A stretch of 39,874 nt of DNA from Deltaproteobacteria bacterium (GCA_021159445.1 JAGGRV010000431.1:1-39874), one strand, 5' to 3'; shown: positions 1 through 8,667, counted from the stretch's first letter. Numbers and translations are program-made. Notes: generated from the letters alone by a model not told the origin.

Positions 1-90
1 GCTAACAGCTAATACCTAATTTTGTAATAGCAAAACATCCTGTAATCATTAAACTAATAGCTAACCGCTAAAGGCTAATCGCTTAATTTA
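1..90. repeat. Low-complexity GCTAAC/AGCTAAT-word intergenic element upstream of folD (cut by the window edge)
   Basis: Seen: gctaacagctaat...ctaatagctaaccgctaaaggctaatcgc. Positions 24-70 align at roughly 80% to the reverse complement of 38601-38650, which sits in the equivalent position upstream of the 34302-38579 gene. Confidence 0.5.
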
Positions 91-132
91 GGTTATATTA
101 TATATGAATAGAAGCGTTTTAGGGAGGGATAT

Positions 133-1020
133 ATGGCAGCAAAAATAATCAGCGGGACACAGATAGCAAAGCAGATAAGGGAAGAACTCAAGGCCGAAGT
201 GGCCGAAATGAAGGAAAAATACGGGGTAACACCGGGCCTTGTGACCATATTGGTAGGAGAAAATCCCGCCTCTATCTCCTATGTGACCGCAAAGCAGCGT
301 ACCGCTCATGACCTTGGTTTTCATTCCATCCAGGATAACCAGCCTGAGGATATCAGTGAGGCCGATCTGCTGGCCCTTATAGACAAATACAATCAGGACC
401 CGGCATTTCACGGCATTCTTATTCAACTTCCCCTTCCGAAGCACATAGACGATGGCAAGGTCATCTATGCCGTAAACCCGGACAAGGACGTGGATGGTTT
501 TCACCCTGTAAATGTCGGCAAGATGGTAGTGGGTGAACCCTGTTTCCTGCCATGCACGCCCCACGGCATCATGGAGATGCTCGTCCGTTCAGGGGTTGAG
601 ACCAGTGGGGCCGAGGCGGTAGTTGTGGGTAGGAGCAACATCGTAGGCAAGCCCATAGCAAACCTGTTGCTTCAAAAAAGAGAAGGCGGAAATGCCACTG
701 TTACCTTATGCCATACCCGGACCAAGGACGTAGCATTTCATACAAAAAGGGCCGACATCCTTGTAGTGGCGGCAGGCCGTCCCAAGGTCATCACGGCAGA
801 TATGGTGAAAGACGGTGTAGTGGTGATAGACGTGGGTGTAAACCGGATAGGCAAGACCCCTGAGGGTAAGGCGATCCTCTGCGGCGATGTGGATTTTGAT
901 GCAATAAAGGAAAAGGCCTCTGCCATAACTCCGGTGCCTGGCGGTGTAGGCCCGATGACAATAACCATGCTTATGAAAAATACAGTCCAGGCTGCAAAGC
1001 AGATTTCAGGTCTGGCCTAA
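133..1020 (+). CDS. folD: Bifunctional methylene-THF dehydrogenase / methenyl-THF cyclohydrolase
   Basis: 295-aa ORF with an AGGGAGGG RBS at 121-128. FolD-typical motifs: LVGENPASISYV, GILIQLPLP, CTPHG, VVGRSNIVGKP, PVPGGVGPMT. Confidence 0.93.
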   Translation: MAAKIISGTQIAKQIREELKAEVAEMKEKYGVTPGLVTILVGENPASISYVTAKQRTAHDLGFHSIQDNQPEDISEADLLALIDKYNQDPAFHGILIQLPLPKHIDDGKVIYAVNPDKDVDGFHPVNVGKMVVGEPCFLPCTPHGIMEMLVRSGVETSGAEAVVVGRSNIVGKPIANLLLQKREGGNATVTLCHTRTKDVAFHTKRADILVVAAGRPKVITADMVKDGVVVIDVGVNRIGKTPEGKAILCGDVDFDAIKEKASAITPVPGGVGPMTITMLMKNTVQAAKQISGLA

Positions 1021-1054
1021 AAAACTTTCAAGTCAACTGAGGAAAAAAATAGTC

Positions 1055-3052
1055 ATGGATACCAGCAGACGCTTTGATAAGGAAGAAGGGGGGTGCCCCA
1101 GCATCCAGTGCGAAGCCAATCGTGATGTGCTGTGTCACTCATGTTCTGAAGGCGTGGTGACCGCGGCCCACAGGGTCTCTATGCGGGCAGTGGAACCGTG
1201 TCTGTTCGGCAAGGGAGGAGTTTGCTGTCGCATTTGCAACATGGGGCCTTGCCAGATAATAGAGGGCGTGGACACCATGAAAGGTGTCTGCGGTGCAGAT
1301 GCGGCCACGGTAGCTGCGCGTAATTTCTGTCGTATGGTTGCCGGCGGGGCCTCCGCCCACATGGATCACGGCAGGGGGGTGGTCCTTGCCTTTCTCGCCA
1401 CTGCCCGTGGTGAAACCCCCTATGAGATCAAAGACACAATCAAGCTGAGAAACACGGCCCTGATGCTCGACATAGACCCTGCTGAAAAGGATACCAGGGA
1501 TCTCGCAATAGAAGTGGGCACCAAGCTGCTCAGTGAATTCGGACAACAGGAGGGGACCCTGGCCTTCATGAAGAGGGCCCCGAAGGCCAGACAGGAGCTT
1601 TGGGGCAGGCTAGGCCTCCTCCCCAGGGGTGTTGACCGTGAGGTAGTGGAGATAATGCACCGAACCCACATAGGAGTGGACCAGGAACATAAGAATCTGC
1701 TCTTCCAGGCCGCCCGCTTGTCGTTGGCTGACGGTTGGGGCGCCTCCATGATAGCCACGGAGCTGTCTGACATCATGTTTGGCACTCCGGTCTCAGTAAG
1801 GAGCAAGGTAAATATCGGAGTCCTCAAAAAGGATGAGGTAAATATCACGGTTCACGGCCACGAGCCGGTACTTGCCGAGGCCCTGGCTATGGCAGCCAAT
1901 GACCCTGAGATTGTCAAGGCCTCCAAGAAGGTCAAGGCAAAGGGCATAAACCTGGCAGGTGTGTGCTGTACTGGAAATGAGATCCTCATGAGGAGAGGGA
2001 TTCCCATAGCCGGGAGTTTTATCCAGCAGGAGGTTGTCCTTGCCACTGCCGCGATAGAAGCTATGGTTGTGGATGTCCAGTGCATCATGCAGGGGTTGTC
2101 TCCTGTGGCGGACAATTTCCACACTGAGCTCATCACGACCTCTGACAAGGCCAGGATTCCAGGGGCCACACACATACAGTTCGACGAACACAGGGCCATG
2201 GAAACGGCCAAGGAAATAATATTGCGTGCCATCAACAAATACCCGGAAAGGGGCAAGCACTTCATACCTGTACATCAGATGGACGTAGTGGCCGGCTTCA
2301 GTCATGAAAATATCGACTATACCCTTGGCGGCCGTTTCCGCGCATCCTACAAGCCCCTTAACGACAACATCATAAACGGCCGTATCCGCGGCGTTGCCGC
2401 CATAGTCGGCTGTGATAACTACAGGGTTATGGAGGAAGTCCATATAGACCTTGCCAAGGAGCTCATCGCCAATGACATACTCGTACTGGCTACCGGATGC
2501 GCTGCCACGGGTATGGGCCGCGCCGGGCTCTTGTCTCCTGAAGCATTGAGCATGGCAGGTGACGGCCTGAAGGAAGTCCTTGAGACAGTGGGATGCCCGC
2601 CTGTGCTGCACATGGGCTCCTGCGTGGATAACAGCCGGATTCTTATTGCCGCTACCGAAATGGTAAAAACCGGCGGTCTTGGCACAGATATAAGCGATCT
2701 TCCAGCAGTAGGCTGCGCCCCTCAATGGATGAGTGAAAAGGCAATATCCATCGGGCAATACTTTGTCTCAAGTGGTGTTTATGTGGTCTTCGGGCCAGGG
2801 TTCCCCACAACAGGCTCCAAGGTGGTTACCGACTATTGCTTCAAGGAGATGGGAAACCTCTATGGAGGGATGTGGGACATGGCCGAGACATCAAATGATT
2901 TTGCCAGTAAGATGATTGATAAAATAAACCAAAAACGCCAGGGCCTCGGTCTGGATAAGAAAAAGGAGCGAGTCCTTTTTGATATGGCCATGAGGCGTGA
3001 ACTCGAGGCCACACCTCTTCTCGATGCAGGGTGCCATGGGCCGGGGGGATAG
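1055..3052 (+). CDS. cooS: Anaerobic Ni-dependent carbon monoxide dehydrogenase catalytic subunit (CooS/AcsA family)
   Basis: 665-aa ORF starting 34 nt after folD. It has the D/B-cluster cysteine pattern C-x7-CC-x2-C-x4-C (EPCLFGKGGVCCRICNMGPCQI). Length and Cys/His distribution are typical of CooS. Confidence 0.88.
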   Translation: MDTSRRFDKEEGGCPSIQCEANRDVLCHSCSEGVVTAAHRVSMRAVEPCLFGKGGVCCRICNMGPCQIIEGVDTMKGVCGADAATVAARNFCRMVAGGASAHMDHGRGVVLAFLATARGETPYEIKDTIKLRNTALMLDIDPAEKDTRDLAIEVGTKLLSEFGQQEGTLAFMKRAPKARQELWGRLGLLPRGVDREVVEIMHRTHIGVDQEHKNLLFQAARLSLADGWGASMIATELSDIMFGTPVSVRSKVNIGVLKKDEVNITVHGHEPVLAEALAMAANDPEIVKASKKVKAKGINLAGVCCTGNEILMRRGIPIAGSFIQQEVVLATAAIEAMVVDVQCIMQGLSPVADNFHTELITTSDKARIPGATHIQFDEHRAMETAKEIILRAINKYPERGKHFIPVHQMDVVAGFSHENIDYTLGGRFRASYKPLNDNIINGRIRGVAAIVGCDNYRVMEEVHIDLAKELIANDILVLATGCAATGMGRAGLLSPEALSMAGDGLKEVLETVGCPPVLHMGSCVDNSRILIAATEMVKTGGLGTDISDLPAVGCAPQWMSEKAISIGQYFVSSGVYVVFGPGFPTTGSKVVTDYCFKEMGNLYGGMWDMAETSNDFASKMIDKINQKRQGLGLDKKKERVLFDMAMRRELEATPLLDAGCHGPGG

Positions 3053-3067
3053 TTCGGGATGATGCAG

Positions 3068-3085
3068 AAGCTCCACGAGCTTTTA
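3068..3085 (+). terminator. Weak candidate intrinsic terminator after cooS
   Basis: aagctc-cac-gagctt forms a 6-bp stem followed by ttt. The stem is short and AT-rich, so the call is tentative. Confidence 0.3.
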
Positions 3086-3174
3086 TAAGGAAGTTACTTC
3101 TCAAAAAACTTGGTGCTTGTTGACTGCGATAGAGCTTGGTGCCCAGTTGCCGGTGAGCTTCCCTTTTTTCATGC

Positions 3175-4461
3175 TCACAGTCTCCAGTATCTGATAGTCT
3201 TTTCCTTAAAATCATCAGGGTGATAAAAATCCTTTACGTCTATTACCACACCCCTGTCAGGAGTGAGCATGTCTTTTATTACTGAAACCCCGGCTTCCGC
3301 ATATGTTTTGTGGGCTACTGCAAGTATGACCGCATCAACATTGGCAGGCAGGTCCTTCAGTAAACGAATGCCATATACTGATTTGGCCTCTTGCGGATCG
3401 GCCAGTGGATCATGTACCAGGGGCTCAATGCCATACTCCATGAATTCATGGATAATATCTATCACTCTGGTGTTTCTTATATCAGAACAATTCTCCTTGA
3501 ATGTAAGCCCGAGTATAACGACCCTGGCCCCTTCAACCCGTACCCTGGCATGGATGAGTTCCTTGACTGTCCTCTGCGCAACATATGCGCCCATTGAATC
3601 GTTGATGCGGCGTCCAGCCAGAATGACTTCGGGATGGTATCCTGTTTGCTGGGCACAATAGGTGAGGTAGTGGGGGTCAACTCCGATGCAATGGCCCCCA
3701 ACCAGACCAGGTGTAAAGGAGAGAAAGTTCCATTTTGTGCAAGCAGCCTCCAGCACTGATTGTGTATCAATATCCAGACGATTGAAAATAATGGCCAGCT
3801 CGTTCATAAGGGCGATGTTGAGATCCCGCTGTGTGTTTTCTATGACCTTGGCTGCTTCAGCCACTTTTATGCTCTCTGCCCTGTATACCCCTGCATCCAC
3901 TATAAGTTCATAAGTGCTTGCCACCTCCTCCAGTGTATCCTGATCTTGAGCTGCCACAACTTTTATTATGTTGGTCAGAGAGTGTTCCTTGTCTCCGGGA
4001 TTTATTCGCTCAGGAGAGTAGCCAACCTTGAATTCTTCGCCATATTTGAGCCCGGAGACCTTTTCAAGGACAGGGCCACATGTATCCTCAGTCACACCCG
4101 GATATACTGTTGACTCGTATACTACAATAGCTCCGCGCTTCAGGTTTTTCCCGACAATTTCCGAAGCAGAAACAAGGTGCCTGAGGTCAGGCTGCTTGTT
4201 GGCGGTAATCGGAGTAGGTACAGCTACAACGACCATGTCTGTCTCTTTTATGGCGGCAGGATCGTTTGTGAAGCTGAGATGCACCGCCTGCTCGAAGTCT
4301 TCGCGGTCAACTTCTGCAGTAGGGTCAATGGCTTTTCTGTAACTGATTATTTTGTCTTTAGACGTGTCAAAGCCGATGGTTTTTATTTTCTTGCCAAAGG
4401 CTATTGCCAGCGGGAGTCCAACGTAACCCAATCCAACTATTGCTACTGAATTTGCCGCCAT
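3175..4461 (-). CDS. Nucleotide-sugar dehydrogenase (UDP-glucose/GDP-mannose dehydrogenase family, TviB/WbpO/CapL-like)
   Basis: 428-aa ORF with Rossmann motif VAIVGLGYVGLPLAIAFG and catalytic Cys motif GGHCIGVDP. The substrate cannot be determined from sequence alone. Confidence 0.88.
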   Translation of the reverse strand: MAANSVAIVGLGYVGLPLAIAFGKKIKTIGFDTSKDKIISYRKAIDPTAEVDREDFEQAVHLSFTNDPAAIKETDMVVVAVPTPITANKQPDLRHLVSASEIVGKNLKRGAIVVYESTVYPGVTEDTCGPVLEKVSGLKYGEEFKVGYSPERINPGDKEHSLTNIIKVVAAQDQDTLEEVASTYELIVDAGVYRAESIKVAEAAKVIENTQRDLNIALMNELAIIFNRLDIDTQSVLEAACTKWNFLSFTPGLVGGHCIGVDPHYLTYCAQQTGYHPEVILAGRRINDSMGAYVAQRTVKELIHARVRVEGARVVILGLTFKENCSDIRNTRVIDIIHEFMEYGIEPLVHDPLADPQEAKSVYGIRLLKDLPANVDAVILAVAHKTYAEAGVSVIKDMLTPDRGVVIDVKDFYHPDDFKEKTIRYWRL

Positions 4462-4502
4462 GTTATAAATGCTCCTTATGAATGTTTTAACCTAAAGTGA
4501 TT

Positions 4503-4696
4503 GGTTCAAGGTCCAGGGTTCAAAGTTCAAGGGTTATAAGGTATTGATATACATCACTTTAAAGCACAATACCCAAATTAACCTTTTTCACCCATTGGGT
4601 GAAACATGCCTGCCGTCTCTATTGAGGCGTCATCCTTTTGATATCAGATAGTTAGGGCTCTCCAACCGTGAGCCTTGAACCTCGAACCGCTCAACC
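4503..4696. repeat. Intergenic element with degenerate GGTTCAAG-word arms in inverted orientation
   Basis: The left arm ggttcaaggtccagggttcaaagttcaagggtt (4503-4535) faces the right arm ccttgaacctcgaaccgctcaacc (4673-4696). ggttcaagg and ccttgaacc are perfectly complementary. An internal hairpin ttcaccc-attg-ggtgaa is also present. Confidence 0.5.
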
Positions 4697-4822
4697 TAGG
4701 TTTAATATATATCGAACAGAATGTTATACAATGTTAAATAAAAGTGATATCAGAAAGGCTATGGTCTTGGCAAGTAAGTTGTGTCAATTTACTCAAGTTT
4801 CTAATAAGAATGGAGAGCAATC

Positions 4823-6064
4823 GTGGATACTGAAAGAATATTTACCCTGTTAAAAAGTAATTTTTCTCTGGAGAAATTGGTCCTTGTTTTGGTCCTTCTG
4901 TTGGTGTGTTTCGTAAGTTACTACGCTATCAGAAGATATCTAATTCAAGGGCTACATTATATCTTTCGCCGGACAGAATATGAATGGGATGATATCCTTA
5001 TTGAAAAGGGCGTATTTAACCACCTGGCCTACCTGGCCCCTGCCATTGTGCTCTATTACGGTGTGCATTTTTTTCCCTCCATTGCGGAGCCTGCAAAGAG
5101 AATTGTAGGCGCGTATGTCTTTCTCAATATTATTTTGTGGCTTGGTAAATTATTGACTGCTGGAGAGGCCATATATAACACATATTCCATATCAAAAAAG
5201 TATACAATTAGAGGATATGTCCAAACATTAAAGATAATTCTTTATATATTAGGTTTAATAATAGCAATTAGTCTGCTTATAAATCAGTCTCCATGGGTAC
5301 TTCTAAGTGGAATAGGTGCTATTACTGCTGTATTAGTTTTTGTATTTAAAGATACTATATTATCATTTGTGGCAAGTATACAAATATTAATAAATGATAT
5401 GGTCAGGGTTGGTGACTGGATAGAGATGCCTAAGTATGGAGCCGACGGTTCTGTCATAGATATGGCGCTTCATACAGTAAAGGTTCAGAACTGGGATAAG
5501 ACAATAACTACTATTCCGACTTATAAATTGATAGAAGATTCCTTTAAAAACTGGCGTGGTATGAGTGACTCAGGAGGCAGGCGCATTAAGCGTTCTATTT
5601 TAATAGACCAGTCCAGTATTCGATTTTGCGATGATGAGATGGTTGAGAAGTTTGAAAAGATACAGATACTGAATGAATACGTCAGACGTAAAAAAACAGA
5701 GCTGGATGCGTACAATAAGGAGCATGGTATAGACACCAGTCAGGTCGTAAATGGGAGGAGGATGACCAATGTGGGAACCTTCAGGGCCTATGTGATAGCA
5801 TATCTCCGCAACCACCCGAAGGTTCGACAAGACCTGACTTTTCTGGTGCGTCAACTGGCCCCTACACCTGAGGGTCTTCCTCTTGAGATTTATGTATTTT
5901 CGAACGATATTGTCTGGGCGAACTACGAGGCAATCCAAGCGGATATTTTCGACCACATACTGGCTGTGGTGCCGGAATTTGGCATCAGGGTCTTCCAAAA
6001 GCCATCCGGACACGACCTGGGAAAGATATCCGGGTTAGGTATACAATATAAAGAACAGTATTAG
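4823..6064 (+). CDS. Mechanosensitive ion channel, MscS family
   Basis: 413-aa ORF with a GTG start 5 nt after GGAGAG. Several N-terminal TM helices are followed by the MscS beta-domain signature VGDWIEMPKYGADGSVIDMALHTVKVQNWDKTITTIPT. Confidence 0.85.
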   Translation: MDTERIFTLLKSNFSLEKLVLVLVLLLVCFVSYYAIRRYLIQGLHYIFRRTEYEWDDILIEKGVFNHLAYLAPAIVLYYGVHFFPSIAEPAKRIVGAYVFLNIILWLGKLLTAGEAIYNTYSISKKYTIRGYVQTLKIILYILGLIIAISLLINQSPWVLLSGIGAITAVLVFVFKDTILSFVASIQILINDMVRVGDWIEMPKYGADGSVIDMALHTVKVQNWDKTITTIPTYKLIEDSFKNWRGMSDSGGRRIKRSILIDQSSIRFCDDEMVEKFEKIQILNEYVRRKKTELDAYNKEHGIDTSQVVNGRRMTNVGTFRAYVIAYLRNHPKVRQDLTFLVRQLAPTPEGLPLEIYVFSNDIVWANYEAIQADIFDHILAVVPEFGIRVFQKPSGHDLGKISGLGIQYKEQY

Positions 6065-6150
6065 GCCCGTCCTCGACTATTTTATTGGCAATCCAGAAAA
6101 AATATTCCTGGTTTCTTAGTAGATTACCAGAGCGACCAATATCCTCCTTA

Positions 6151-6648
6151 TCAGCCAGATTGTTCGGGCACCTCAGGTATGGCTACCGCCACGATTTCCT
6201 TAAGCAGGTCTTCTTTTAAAAGAATTCCTACAACAGCTTCCCCTTCCACAACCGGGAGCCAATCGATCTTATGAGAAGTCATGAGATGGACAGCTTCCAT
6301 GAGGGTACCATCTTGATGAATGACATGCATAACCGGCGACATGATTTCGCTGCCGGGCCTTTCAAGTATAGCCTCACACTCCTCCAAAAACTGACCCTGC
6401 CAGAAGATAGGAAGTTCTTCGATGGCCTTTGTAGAAGACTCCATATGCGCAAGGATATCATCAATAGAGAGCATTCCCAGAATCTCTTCCTCGTCTGCCA
6501 CCTCGTCAACCACCAGCAAGGACGAAGGACGCCTACCTTTTTGTTTTTCATCCAGCACCTTGACCGCTTCTGCCACCTTTGTCTGCGGCGATATACGTTC
6601 AAGTGCCAACACATCAAGCATCAGATCTTTAATTCGTTTTTCAGACAT
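6151..6648 (-). CDS. CBS-domain pair protein
   Basis: 165-aa ORF with two CBS-like repeats (LLVVDE..ILGMLSIDDIL and IDWLPVVEGEAVVGILLKEDLL). Confidence 0.8.
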   Translation of the reverse strand: MSEKRIKDLMLDVLALERISPQTKVAEAVKVLDEKQKGRRPSSLLVVDEVADEEEILGMLSIDDILAHMESSTKAIEELPIFWQGQFLEECEAILERPGSEIMSPVMHVIHQDGTLMEAVHLMTSHKIDWLPVVEGEAVVGILLKEDLLKEIVAVAIPEVPEQSG

Positions 6649-6663
6649 ATATATAGCTCTTTA

Positions 6664-6737
6664 GGTAGAAGGTAGAAGGTAGAAGGTAGAAGGCTGAAGG
6701 TGATAGGCTGAGATACTTTAGCCTTCTACCTTCTACC
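6664..6737. repeat. (GGTAGAA)4 tandem repeat forming a 17-bp perfect hairpin with a downstream complement
   Basis: Four ggtagaa units lie at 6664-6691. ggtagaaggtagaaggc (6678-6694) is the exact reverse complement of gccttctaccttctacc (6721-6737). The element lies in the predicted 5' UTR of the CBS gene. Confidence 0.85.
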
Positions 6738-6760
6738 TATCCAGTGACTTCTTAATTTGA

Positions 6761-6776
6761 GCAAGCGATGTGCCAG
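6761..6776 (-). promoter_or_regulatory. Sigma54 (-24/-12) promoter reading into the CBS gene
   Basis: The minus strand reads CTGGCACATCGCTTGCTC, matching TGGCAC-N5-TTGC. It is 16/18 identical to the element at 10468-10485. Confidence 0.6.
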
Positions 6777-6865
6777 ATCCTTGGGCGTTCGCCTGCTATT
6801 CGCTAACATCTTGATCTTTAAGCATTTATGTACTATTTGCAGACGACTTAAGTCATTTACGGAGC

Positions 6866-6879
6866 GGCATATTTATGCC
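6866..6879. promoter_or_regulatory. GGCA-N6-TGCC dyad, candidate enhancer (UAS) for the CBS sigma54 promoter
   Basis: The sequence cGGCAtatttaTGCCg is centred about 99 nt upstream of the -24 GG. The same dyad with an AT-only spacer occurs twice upstream of the mrp sigma54 promoter. Confidence 0.4.
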
Positions 6880-6903
6880 GAAAAATTTAGGTCAAAATAG
6901 GTT

Positions 6904-6932
6904 TTGACATTTTTTTGCCTATCTGCTAAAAA
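6904..6932 (+). promoter_or_regulatory. Sigma70-like promoter candidate for the sigma54-activator operon
   Basis: TTGACA-N17-TAAAAA. The same hexamer pair and spacing recur at 8558-8587. Confidence 0.4.
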
Positions 6933-6979
6933 TTTGAATTTAAAGAGAACCGGTCAATTATTCTATAAGGGCCTTATAT

Positions 6980-8092
6980 GTGGCTCGGTCAATCGGCAGT
7001 CGGGCAACGAGAAAAAGTGAAAAAGAGATGACGCCTCATAAGATTGCATTACACGGCCAAATCCAGCCGGATCTATTTCCAGAGTTTGTCATAGTAAGCG
7101 AGCACATGCATTCGGTGATCAGAACCGTGCAAAAGATTGCCCGGTTTGACGCTAATATTTTGATTTCCGGTGAGTCCGGAACTGGTAAGGAGCTTGTGGC
7201 CCGCATTATTCATCAAAAAAGCAGCCGGAGGAACAAACCTTTTGTGCCGGTAAACTGCGGTACTCTTTCCGGTGAGCTGTTTGAAAGTAAACTCTTCGGC
7301 CATGAAAAGGGGGCTTTCACAGGTGCCATCAGGCAAACCAAGGGGAGATTTGAGCAGGCCCATAATGGAACTCTCTTTTTAGATGAAGTCTCGGAGATTT
7401 CGCCGCCTAATCAGGTGAACTTTCTGCGCGTACTGGAAGATGGCTGCTTTTGTCGAATCGGAGGCGAGACCCCCATCAGGGTGAACGTCCGTATTATTGT
7501 GGCGACCAACAAGGATCTGGCAACTGAAGTCAAGGCAGGGCGATTTAGAAAGGATCTCTACTACCGCCTAAAAGTGATCCCCATTAACCTTTTTCCTTTA
7601 AGGAAACGTAAGGAAGCAATTCCTCATCTGGCGAATAATTTCCTGGAAAGATTTGCCAAACTATATAAAAAGCCCAGGGTATCCGTTTCCTCTGGTGCCA
7701 TGGAATATCTGATATCTTACGATTGGCCAGGGAATATTAGACACCTTAAGAACATAATGGAAAGAATGTTTCTGATGGCCCAAGGACCGATAATTAATGT
7801 AAACGATTTTCCAGAGGATATTATGGACGTAGTGTCCTTTGATCCTGGAGAGAATCCTGGGCAAGAGACACATAATCCAAGCGCATCATCTTTTGATCTC
7901 GCAGCCCATGGTCCTATTGAGCCATTGCGAAAAGCACGTCAACGTCTGGAGAAAACCATCATTCTGAGGGCCTTAGAGATGACTAAAGGGCAGAGGGCCA
8001 GGGCCGCTGAACTTCTGGAGATTAAACCCCGCACCCTTCGCCAAAAAATGAGCGACTATGGTATTGAGTTTCGGAGGATGGGAAAAGGATGA
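6980..8092 (+). CDS. Sigma54-dependent transcriptional activator (AAA+ domain plus Fis-type HTH, no N-terminal sensory domain)
   Basis: Walker A GESGTGKE, the GAFTGA motif (EKGAFTGA) and a C-terminal HTH ([16 protein letters not shown]) are present. Only about 30-45 aa precede the AAA+ core. The start could be GTG 6980 or ATG 7028. Confidence 0.88.
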   Translation: MARSIGSRATRKSEKEMTPHKIALHGQIQPDLFPEFVIVSEHMHSVIRTVQKIARFDANILISGESGTGKELVARIIHQKSSRRNKPFVPVNCGTLSGELFESKLFGHEKGAFTGAIRQTKGRFEQAHNGTLFLDEVSEISPPNQVNFLRVLEDGCFCRIGGETPIRVNVRIIVATNKDLATEVKAGRFRKDLYYRLKVIPINLFPLRKRKEAIPHLANNFLERFAKLYKKPRVSVSSGAMEYLISYDWPGNIRHLKNIMERMFLMAQGPIINVNDFPEDIMDVVSFDPGENPGQETHNPSASSFDLAAHGPIEPLRKARQRLEKTIILRALEMTKGQRARAAELLEIKPRTLRQKMSDYGIEFRRMGKG

Positions 8093-8496
8093 AACCCAGG
8101 CTCTTGTTAGTTGATGATGAAGAAATGTTCTTGGAATTTCTCTCAAGGCGTTTGATAAGCTATCAGTATGATGTAACAACCTGCTTAAGTGGTGAAAGCG
8201 CCCTTGAAATGACGATTGAACACGATTTTGATGTAGTCATACTGGACGTGCTTATGCCTGGTATGGACGGGATCGAGACCCTGGGGGAAATAAAGAAGAT
8301 AAAGCCACTTACCGAGGTAATCATGCTAACTGGCCATGCGTCCCGGGAATCGGGCATAGAAGGAATGAGGCTTGGTGCCTATGGTTATTTGAGCAAACCC
8401 TGTGATACTGAAGACCTGATCACAAAAATCAACGAGGCCTATGATAGAAAAGTAGAACATGAAAAACGCATCAATATGGCGAGCTGGCATCCATGA
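8089..8496 (+). CDS. Stand-alone response-regulator receiver (NtrC-type REC)
   Basis: 135-aa ORF whose ATG overlaps the activator TGA (ATGA). Motifs: LLVDDE, ILDVLMPGMDG, MLTGH, SKP. Confidence 0.88.
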   Translation: MKPRLLLVDDEEMFLEFLSRRLISYQYDVTTCLSGESALEMTIEHDFDVVILDVLMPGMDGIETLGEIKKIKPLTEVIMLTGHASRESGIEGMRLGAYGYLSKPCDTEDLITKINEAYDRKVEHEKRINMASWHP

Positions 8497-8557
8497 AGAC
8501 ATTAATGCCTATCCTGGGCTCTGCGCGCAAATGGGGGCGTCGGCCCCTGAAATTCCC

Positions 8558-8587
8558 TTGACAATGCCCTGAGAAAATACTAAAAAT
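8558..8587 (+). promoter_or_regulatory. Sigma70-like promoter candidate for the REC-kinase pair
   Basis: TTGACA-N17-TAAAAAT in the 171-nt gap before 8668. Confidence 0.4.
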
Positions 8588-8667
8588 TTTTTAGTTAAGG
8601 TTTTCGAATAGATATATGTTTTGACCGAATTTAATTAGGACTTGTAACTGATTTCAAGGAGTGATCT

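Noticed and set aside
88-564. 158-aa minus-strand ORF overlapping folD
   Set aside because: It is a shadow ORF antisense to folD. The overlapping FolD reading frame has clear family motifs.
1793-2758. 321-aa ORF on the minus strand inside cooS
   Set aside because: It is entirely antisense to a well-supported CooS gene. It has no recognisable motifs and a composition typical of an antisense shadow ORF.
6664-6691. The tandem words and other repeats considered as a CRISPR array
   Set aside because: The units are 7-9 nt and contiguous, with no spacers. There are no 25-40-nt repeats at regular intervals and no cas genes, so they fit hairpin arms instead.
8534-8547. ggggc-gtcg-gcccc hairpin as a terminator after the first receiver gene
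   Set aside because: The stem is only 5 bp and no U-tract follows, which is too weak to call.
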